Origin: an uncultured Sphingopyxis sp.
GTDB taxonomy: Bacteria > Pseudomonadota > Alphaproteobacteria > Sphingomonadales > Sphingomonadaceae
NCBI GenBank assembly: GCA_964607625.1
Contig: CAZSMB010000001.1
Coordinates: 6,090-70,089 of the forward strand
Reading direction: 5' to 3'
Length of the DNA stretch: 64,000 nt
Notes under the pieces: model-generated
Told to the model about the DNA's origin: nothing
Seen by the model: only the letters and a program-made list of their open reading frames with translations
The model's database searches: none
Part shown: one piece after another, positions 57,096-64,000 of the stretch
Numbering within the stretch: position 1 is the stretch's first letter
How the letters are laid out: each line of letters starts with the position of its first letter
Program-made: the position numbers and the translations under genes

Positions 57096-60000
57096 GCCGG
57101 CCCGCGTGGCTCGCCGCGGCGACGCTGCTCGCACTGCTGCCCGCAGCCGCGCTGGCGCAGCGCAGCGATCGGACGGTCGAGGGCTCCTGGCGCTCGGTGG
57201 TTTTCGACGCCGGCGCCGCGGACGGCGCGACGATGCCGGCAGGCGATGCGACCGCACCGGGCTTCGACGACAGCGGCTGGACGCCGGTATCGGTGCCGCA
57301 CAATTGGCAGGGCTATTCCTACAACCGTCAGGTCCGCAACGGATCGCGGCATGGAACCGCCTGGTATCGCAAGGCGCTGGACATCGCGCCGGCCGCCGCG
57401 GGCGAACGCGTCTTCCTGCGCTTCGAAGGCGTTAACGCCTATGCGACGGTGTGGCTGAACGGCGTCGCGGTCGGGCGCCACGGCGGCGGCCTGACGAGCT
57501 TTGAAGTCGAGGTGACGAAGGCGGTTCGGGCAGGGCCCGACGTGCTTGTGGTGAGGGCCGACAATCCCAAGGGGATCACCGACCTGCCGTGGGCGCCGGG
57601 CGACGACCAGCCGGAGATGGGCTTTTCGGAAGGCTCGCAACCATTCGGCATCTTTCGACCTGTCCATGTCGTGCGGACCGCCGACGTGCGCGTACGTCCT
57701 TTCGGCGTCTATGCCTGGGGCGAACCCGGGGCGATCGACGCCGCAACCGCGACGCTTCGTACCCGCACCGAGTTCGAGAACCGGTCGGCGCGCTCGCGCG
57801 ACCTGGAAATCGTCACCCGCCTGGTCGATCCCGAAAAGCGGGTCGTGGCCGAAGCGCGGCGCAGCGTGCGGATCGCGGCGGGCGAGGACGCGACGATCGA
57901 CCAATCGTTGCCGACGATTCGCAACCCGCGCCTCTGGTCGCCCGACCATCCGACGCTCTATACGCTCGTCGCCGAGATTCGCGAGGACGGGGTCGTGCGC
58001 GACCGGCTGAGCACGCCCTATGGTATCCGCACCGTCGCGATCGTCGAGGCCCCGGACGGGCGGCGGCGCCTGTTGCTCAATGGCAAGCCCTTCGCGATCC
58101 GCGGTACGGCCGAATATGAACATCTGCTGGGCGGCAGCCATGCTTTTTCGTCCGAACAGGTCGCGGCCCGCGTCGCCCAGGTCGAAGCGGCCGGCTTCAA
58201 TGCCTTTCGCGACGGCCATTACCCGCACAACCTGCGCTATGGCGAACGGATCGCCGAGGACGGACTGCTCTGGTGGCCGCAGTTCAGCGCACACAACTGG
58301 TTCGACAATCCCGCCTATCGTGCGAACTTCCTGTCGCTGCTCGGCGACTGGGTCCGCGAACGACGCAACAATCCCGCGGTCTTCCTGTGGGGATTGCAGA
58401 ATGAAAGCCAGCTTCCCAAGGCGTTTGCGGAGGAAGCGACCGCGCTGATCCGGCGGCTCGACCCGACCGCGTCGGTCGAGCGGCTGGTCGTGACCTGCAA
58501 CGGCGGCGAAGGCACCGACTGGAACGTGCCCCAGAACTGGTCGGGCACCTATGGCGGGGATCCGGATCGTTATGCGGAGGAACTGCGAGGACAGGGGCTG
58601 GTCGGTGAATATGGTGCCTGGCGGTCGCTGGGCCTGCACGAAGAGCCGCCCTTTTCCGACGCGCATTCCGAGGAGCGGATGGCGACGCTGGAACAGCAGA
58701 AGGCGCGCCTCGCCGATTCGGTCGCGGGCAGCAGCGTCGGACATTTCCAGTGGTTGCTCGCCAGTCACGAAAACCCCGGCCGGGCGATGCGCGAGGACGG
58801 GACCCAGATCTGGGACGGCATCCGCCCGCTCGACCATATCGGGCCGTCGAACAACAAGGGCCTGATGACGCTCTGGGGCGAACCGCTCGACGCCTATTAC
58901 ATGTTTCGCGCGCGCCAGGTCTCTGCCGCGGTGGCGCCTATGGTCTATATCGTCTCGCACAGCTGGCCCGACCGCTGGACGGCGCCCGGCGCCAAATCGC
59001 ACATTGAAGTCTATTCCAACTGCGACGCTGTCGAGCTGTTCAACGATGACGCGGGCAGGCTGTCGCTCGGGCGCCGGCGCCGTGATGCGACGCAGCGGTT
59101 CGTGTGGAACGACGTGCCCGTGCGTTACAACCGGTTGTCGGCGGCCTGCCTTGTCGGTGGCAAGGTCGCGGCCCGCGATCGGGTGATGCTCTATCATCTG
59201 CCGCCCCCGCCCGGGGCGAAGGACGTCGCGGGGAGCCCGACCGTATCGATGCGCGCGGCGAAGGGATGGCATTATCTGTACCGCGTCAATGCTGGCGGAC
59301 CGGGAATCGTCGACGGCGACGGGCAGGCGTGGCAGGCCGATCGCCATTTCGGCGACGGCGCCCAATGGGGGTGGACGAGCTGGGCCGATGCCTATCCCGC
59401 GCTCGATCCGCGACTGGGCAGCCGCGGCAAGACGTCGGATGCCATCCGCGGCGCTCGCGACGCGGCGCTGTTCCAGACCTACCGCTATGGCCGGGGCGAA
59501 TTGCGCTACCGCTTCCCGGTTGCGCCCGGTCGCTACCGGGTGGAGCTGTACTTCGCCGAGCCTTGGTATGGCCGCGCCGGAATAGACGCCCGCGGCTGGC
59601 GCCTGTTCGATGTGGCGGTAAATGGCGAAACCCGGCTGAGCGACGTCGATTTGTTCGCGGCGGCGGGCTTCGGCGGTGCGGTCAAGAAGGTGATCGAGGT
59701 CGAGGCGGCGGACGGCGCGTTGACCCTCTCCTTTCCGCGGGTCGCGGCGGGACAGGCCCTCGTATCGGCGATCGCGATTGCCGCCGCCGATCCGGGGCAG
59801 GCGGTGCCCGAGGCGCCTGGCACCGACCTGATCGCCGACAGTCGCGGCGGCGCCCCGCGGCCCTATCTCGACAACGGCGATCCCCTGTTCGTCGATCGTT
59901 CCGAGGAATGGACGAAGCTGCCGGCCGATTTGCTCGACAGCGACTGGCTGCGGCCCGATGCCGCCACGGACGCGGGCGACGTAGCGGTACGCCCGCGCGT

Positions 60001-60622
60001 CGATGCCGACGTCTATCTGGCGCTACGGCAGGGCGCCGAGGTTCCGGAGGGCTGGACCCCGACCGGATGGACCGCCGGTGCGGTGAGGGATGGACAAATC
60101 GTGCCGTACCGTTTTGCCAAACGCGAAGCGCGGGCAGGCGAGTGGGTGTCCCACCGCGGTGCGGCGCCGTTGATCGTGCAACGCGCCTTGCCCTCTCCCT
60201 ACACGCCGGGGGCTTTCGGATCGCCGAAGGGACAAGGGCTGAGACAGGTCGAGGCGGCCGAGATGCAGCGCAGCGGCCTTGCCATCGCCAGCAGTCGCCA
60301 GGGCTATGCGGGGACCGGTTATGGCGCGGTCGGCAAGGCTGAGGCGGCGGTGAGCTGGACGGTCAAGACCGGCGCCGCCGGTCGGCCGACGCTCCGCGTT
60401 CGTTACGCGCTCGACGGCGATACGCCCCGCGATGCCTTGTTGCACATCGTCGATGTGAGCGGAATCGAGATCGCGCGCGCCATCGTGTCGTTCACCCCGG
60501 GGCGCGGATGGCGCGACCTCTCGATCGTCCTGCCCGATGCGATCAACGCCGGCGACCATCGCGCGACGCTGGACATTGCGGCCGGGGCACCCCTCGACCT
60601 CGATTCGGTCGAACTCGATTGA
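57092..60622 (+). CDS. Large secreted GH2 glycosidase with malectin and C-terminal CBM-like domains
   Basis: Signal peptide; VPHNW, GHYPH, WGLQNES, GEYG and the malectin-like segment YRVNAGG...FAEP...RLFDV. GTG start overlaps the manD stop. Confidence 0.88.
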   Translation: MSRPAWLAAATLLALLPAAALAQRSDRTVEGSWRSVVFDAGAADGATMPAGDATAPGFDDSGWTPVSVPHNWQGYSYNRQVRNGSRHGTAWYRKALDIAPAAAGERVFLRFEGVNAYATVWLNGVAVGRHGGGLTSFEVEVTKAVRAGPDVLVVRADNPKGITDLPWAPGDDQPEMGFSEGSQPFGIFRPVHVVRTADVRVRPFGVYAWGEPGAIDAATATLRTRTEFENRSARSRDLEIVTRLVDPEKRVVAEARRSVRIAAGEDATIDQSLPTIRNPRLWSPDHPTLYTLVAEIREDGVVRDRLSTPYGIRTVAIVEAPDGRRRLLLNGKPFAIRGTAEYEHLLGGSHAFSSEQVAARVAQVEAAGFNAFRDGHYPHNLRYGERIAEDGLLWWPQFSAHNWFDNPAYRANFLSLLGDWVRERRNNPAVFLWGLQNESQLPKAFAEEATALIRRLDPTASVERLVVTCNGGEGTDWNVPQNWSGTYGGDPDRYAEELRGQGLVGEYGAWRSLGLHEEPPFSDAHSEERMATLEQQKARLADSVAGSSVGHFQWLLASHENPGRAMREDGTQIWDGIRPLDHIGPSNNKGLMTLWGEPLDAYYMFRARQVSAAVAPMVYIVSHSWPDRWTAPGAKSHIEVYSNCDAVELFNDDAGRLSLGRRRRDATQRFVWNDVPVRYNRLSAACLVGGKVAARDRVMLYHLPPPPGAKDVAGSPTVSMRAAKGWHYLYRVNAGGPGIVDGDGQAWQADRHFGDGAQWGWTSWADAYPALDPRLGSRGKTSDAIRGARDAALFQTYRYGRGELRYRFPVAPGRYRVELYFAEPWYGRAGIDARGWRLFDVAVNGETRLSDVDLFAAAGFGGAVKKVIEVEAADGALTLSFPRVAAGQALVSAIAIAAADPGQAVPEAPGTDLIADSRGGAPRPYLDNGDPLFVDRSEEWTKLPADLLDSDWLRPDAATDAGDVAVRPRVDADVYLALRQGAEVPEGWTPTGWTAGAVRDGQIVPYRFAKREARAGEWVSHRGAAPLIVQRALPSPYTPGAFGSPKGQGLRQVEAAEMQRSGLAIASSRQGYAGTGYGAVGKAEAAVSWTVKTGAAGRPTLRVRYALDGDTPRDALLHIVDVSGIEIARAIVSFTPGRGWRDLSIVLPDAINAGDHRATLDIAAGAPLDLDSVELD

Positions 60623-60653
60623 CCGCCACGGACGGCGAGGGCGGGGAATTTAT

Positions 60654-60731
60654 CTGATATCTCAAATAAATCGACGTGATCGCGCAGAAAAAGCATATTA
60701 TATGCGTGAAATTGCTTGACTGAGATATCAG
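60654..60731. promoter_or_regulatory. Two motif B copies upstream of TBDR2
   Basis: CTGATATCTCAA (60654-60665) and CTGAGATATCAG (60720-60731); the second overlaps a TTGACT -35-like hexamer. Confidence 0.6.
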
Positions 60732-60802
60732 AAAGGTTGATTGATATGGTCGTAAATTCCTAGAAAAAGCGGGCGCGTGCCCGAGAATGTCGGGAGAGGA
60801 AG

Positions 60803-63388
60803 ATGTCTGATAAGATTTCCCTGCTGGGCTCTGCCGCGGTGGCGGCATTGATGCTGGCCATGCCGGGGACGGCCTTTGCACAGGCAGCGGACGAAAGCGG
60901 GACTGCGGGCACCGAAGAGATCATCGTCACCGGCCTGCGCGCGTCGCTCGGCAATGCGGCGGCGATCAAGCGCGATTCGGGCCAGATCCAGGATTCGATC
61001 GTCGCCGAGGACATCGGTAAGCTGCCCGACACCAACATCGCCGAAACGCTCCAGCGAATCCCCGGCGTGCAGATTTCGCGCAATACGCGGGGCGAGGGCA
61101 ATGCCTATGTCGTCCACGGCCTGAAGCAGGTGATGACGACCGTCAACGGCCGGCAACTGTTCGGCACGACCGATCGCGTGGCGCACCTGCTCGATTTCTC
61201 GTCGGACATCCTGTCGGGCGTCGATGTCTACAAGACCGCGACCGCCGACCAGATCGAAGGCGGCCTGGGCGGCCTGATCAACATCCACACCGCGCGCCCC
61301 TTCGATTTCGACGGCTTTCACGTCGCCTTCACCGGCGCCGCGACCTATTCGGAATTCCAGGACAAGGCCGGGCCGCGCGTGTCGGGGGTCGTGTCCAACC
61401 GCTGGCAGACCGGCATCGGCGAGATCGGCGTGCTGCTCGGTGCGCAGTTCGAGCGTTTCTATTCGGGCGGCTACCAGGTTTCGACCAACAGCTATGGCAC
61501 GAACACGAGCCTGTTCGATGTCGACGGCGACGGTGCGACGGGCGGAACCGGCGACGCCGTGACCATGCCGTCGCAGGTGCGCCCGCGCTACGAGACCGGA
61601 AACCGGGCTCGCACCGGCCTGTACGGCGCGCTCCAGTGGCGTCCGAGCGACGCGGTCGAACTGCATCTCGACACGATCTACAATTATTCGGGCGGCCATT
61701 CGTACACGCAGCAGCTTTCGGTGCAGACCGACGGGGCGACGACGGGCGTGGGCGTTCCCGCGTTCAAGGACGGATCGTCGGTTCCCGCAAGCTATTCGCT
61801 TGCCAATCCGGTGGTGAAGTCGACCGCCGGGCAGGCCGACAATCCCTATGACACGATCAACGTGGCGTTCGGCGGCAGCTATTCGTCGGATCGCTTCACC
61901 CTGTCGGCCGAGGCATCCTATGTGCGCAGCGAAGGCCCCTTCTACTACCGCAGCGCAACGATCCAGACCCGCGCCGACCAGGCCGATATCAGCCTGGCCG
62001 GCGACACGCCCGACGTCGCGGTGTCGGGGGTCGATCTGACCGATCCTGATGCCTGGGGCAATGTCAGCTATTTCGAATATGGGACGCAGCAGGACGGCCG
62101 CGAACCCTCGTTCCGGGTCGACGCGACCTATGACGTCGATGCCGGGCCGATCAAGACGCTGATGGCGGGCTTTCGCTGGGCGCATCACCGCGCGATCTAC
62201 GACTTCTTCTCGCAGAGCGGCGCGGGTTTGACGCGGCCCTATTCGGACATCACCGAACTGACACCCGGCGATCTGTTCACCGACCAGGATGCGTCGACGA
62301 ACCAATGGGTCGCGATCAGCCATCGCTACATGGTGGATGCGGCGCGCAACCGCAGCCTGTTCGGCCTGCCGCCGGGGGACCCCGCGGGCGCGCCGGGCAG
62401 CCATTACGACTATCGCGAGACGACGCTGGCGGGCTATGCCGAAGCACAGTTCGGTTTCGATCTCGGCACGCTTCCCGTCGACGGCAATCTGGGTGTGCGC
62501 TATGTCCGGACCGACGGCGAGCAGACGGTCCTGGTGCAGAACGATGCCGGCGACTATGAGCCGCTGACCGGCGGAACACCCTATGAAAACTGGCTGCCCA
62601 GCGCCAATATCCGGTTCCAGTTCACCCCCGACCTCTTCCTGCGTCTCGCCTATTCCAAGGCGATCACGCGGCCCGATTTCGGCAATTTGTCGCCCGCGTT
62701 GCTGCTGAACCCGGTCAGCCTGACCGCGAGCGGGGGCAACCCGGCACTGAAGCCGACCAAGGCCGATCAATATGACGCCAGCCTCGAATATTATTTCGGC
62801 AGGTCGAACTATGTGGCAGTGGCGCTGTTCCAGAAGAATGTCAGCGGGTTCATCCAGAAATTCTATGCCGACGAAACGATTAACGGCGACGTCTATCAGG
62901 TCAGCCGTCCGCGCAACAGCGGCGACGGCAAGATTCGCGGCTTCGAGCTGACCTATCAGCAGTTCTTCGACTTCCTGCCGGGCTTTCTGTCGGGGCTCGG
63001 GGTTCAGGCGAACTACACCTATGTCGACAGCAAGCTCGACGTGGTCGGCATCGACCGCCGCGTTCCCGCCGACCAGCTTTCGAAAAATGCCTATAACGTC
63101 ACCGGCATATACGAAAAGGGGCCGATCTCGCTGCACGTGTCGTACAACTGGCGCTCGCGCAGCATCCAGAGCAACAACGCCGACGCGAATCTGAGCGTGT
63201 GGAACGCGCCGCAGGAATCGCTCGACGTGTCGGCGACCTACAATGTCAACGACTGGCTTTCGATCAAGGCGGACATGGTCAACGCCACGATCGCCTACCA
63301 GAACCAATATTACGGAACCCCGTTGCAGCCGTCGCTGAGCAATCAGCTCGACCGGTCGTATCAGGTCGGGTTCCACATCAACTTCTGA
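60803..63388 (+). CDS. TonB-dependent receptor 2
   Basis: Signal peptide; EIIVTGLRAS, GKLPDTNIAETLQRIPGV, GNPAL and a C-terminal Phe. Confidence 0.95.
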   Translation: MSDKISLLGSAAVAALMLAMPGTAFAQAADESGTAGTEEIIVTGLRASLGNAAAIKRDSGQIQDSIVAEDIGKLPDTNIAETLQRIPGVQISRNTRGEGNAYVVHGLKQVMTTVNGRQLFGTTDRVAHLLDFSSDILSGVDVYKTATADQIEGGLGGLINIHTARPFDFDGFHVAFTGAATYSEFQDKAGPRVSGVVSNRWQTGIGEIGVLLGAQFERFYSGGYQVSTNSYGTNTSLFDVDGDGATGGTGDAVTMPSQVRPRYETGNRARTGLYGALQWRPSDAVELHLDTIYNYSGGHSYTQQLSVQTDGATTGVGVPAFKDGSSVPASYSLANPVVKSTAGQADNPYDTINVAFGGSYSSDRFTLSAEASYVRSEGPFYYRSATIQTRADQADISLAGDTPDVAVSGVDLTDPDAWGNVSYFEYGTQQDGREPSFRVDATYDVDAGPIKTLMAGFRWAHHRAIYDFFSQSGAGLTRPYSDITELTPGDLFTDQDASTNQWVAISHRYMVDAARNRSLFGLPPGDPAGAPGSHYDYRETTLAGYAEAQFGFDLGTLPVDGNLGVRYVRTDGEQTVLVQNDAGDYEPLTGGTPYENWLPSANIRFQFTPDLFLRLAYSKAITRPDFGNLSPALLLNPVSLTASGGNPALKPTKADQYDASLEYYFGRSNYVAVALFQKNVSGFIQKFYADETINGDVYQVSRPRNSGDGKIRGFELTYQQFFDFLPGFLSGLGVQANYTYVDSKLDVVGIDRRVPADQLSKNAYNVTGIYEKGPISLHVSYNWRSRSIQSNNADANLSVWNAPQESLDVSATYNVNDWLSIKADMVNATIAYQNQYYGTPLQPSLSNQLDRSYQVGFHINF

Positions 63389-63427
63389 TCCTTGATCGGA
63401 AGGCATAAGGGGGAGAAGGCTGGACGC

Positions 63428-64000
63428 ATGAATTCTGCTTCCAGCCTCTCTCGCCTTCTGCTGCTGGCGCCGGCGGCGCTGCTCTGCATGGCGACGCCCG
63501 CCGGGGCGCAGCTCGATGGCAATTCCGACGAGGCGAAGGTGCCCGCCTATGTCCTGCCCGATCCGCTCGTCATGGCCGACGGCACCCGCGTCACGAGCGC
63601 CGCGCAATGGACCGCGCAGCGCCGCGGCGAACTGCTCGCGCTGTTCGAGCGGACCATCTATGGCGTGGCTCCGGCGGCGCCGGGGGCAATCCGCTTCGCG
63701 GTGACCGACCTCGACCGCCAGGCGCTGGGCGGCAGGGCAGTCCGCAAACAGGTGACGCTCTATCTCGACGGCACCGACCACGGGCCGCAAAGCTCGGTCC
63801 TGATCTATCTTCCCGCCGGCGCAAGGGCACCGGTGCCCCTGTTTGCGGGCATGAATTTCCACGGCAATCAGGCGGTTTCGGCCGACCCCGCGATCGACAT
63901 CGCGCATAGCTGGATCGCGGCGCCCGGCGAGGGGATCGTCAAGCATCGCGCGACCGCCGATTCGCGCGGTATCGACGCGGGCGAATGGCCGATCGAACGG
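63428..64000 (+). CDS. Secreted CE15 glucuronoyl-esterase-like protein (partial)
   Basis: Not in the ORF track; translated manually: MNSASSLSRLLLLAPAALL...DEAKVPAYVLPDPLVMADG...RRGELLALFERTIYG...LIYLP...PVPLFAGMNFHGN...WPIER. The catalytic region lies outside the window. Confidence 0.72.
   Translation, partial: MNSASSLSRLLLLAPAALLCMATPAGAQLDGNSDEAKVPAYVLPDPLVMADGTRVTSAAQWTAQRRGELLALFERTIYGVAPAAPGAIRFAVTDLDRQALGGRAVRKQVTLYLDGTDHGPQSSVLIYLPAGARAPVPLFAGMNFHGNQAVSADPAIDIAHSWIAAPGEGIVKHRATADSRGIDAGEWPIER

Noticed and set aside
60728-63946. 1072-aa minus-strand ORF
   Set aside because: Antisense shadow of TBDR2 and the CE15-like gene.
1-64000. CRISPR arrays, tRNA/rRNA, IS, prophage or defence genes, pseudogenes
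   Set aside because: No repeat-spacer arrays, RNA gene signatures or recombinases were seen; intergenic gaps are short and the identified ORFs appear intact.

Overview
This is a GC-rich alphaproteobacterial region (Sphingomonadaceae-like, by inference from gene style). All 64 kb belong to one carbohydrate-utilisation locus of about 47 intact genes, and the locus runs off both ends. It encodes two TonB-dependent receptors, three MFS transporters and three regulators (DeoR plus two GntR/FadR). Its CAZymes are GH78, GH140, a DUF5060-DUF4038-DUF5605 protein, two GH141-like beta-helix proteins, two GH28, two GH2+malectin proteins, GH95 and CE15. Its catabolic modules are the non-phosphorylative L-rhamnose pathway (LRA1/2/3/5/6 plus LldD), the D-apiose isomerase/kinase/transketolase pathway, hexuronate genes (uxaC, uxaA, uxuB-like, manD, exuT), an oxidative L-fucose/L-galactose-type module, the lower Weimberg genes and a glycerate module. 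The enzyme set fits side chain A of pectic rhamnogalacturonan-II (inference). The main candidate novelty is an unexplained operon: DUF4432 epimerase, SDR, class III CoA-transferase, a signal-less solute-binding-fold protein, a crotonase and a beta-helix glycosidase, beside an atypical enolase-superfamily enzyme. It may be a CoA-dependent pathway for a rare RG-II sugar such as 2-O-methyl-D-xylose. Also seen: a perfect 282-bp repeat covering exactly the 5' ends of the two GH28 paralogues, two recurring operator-like motifs, and a short leader ORF coupled to the DeoR gene. No RNA genes, CRISPR arrays or mobile elements were detected. All functional calls come from reading motifs and context; no database searches were run.
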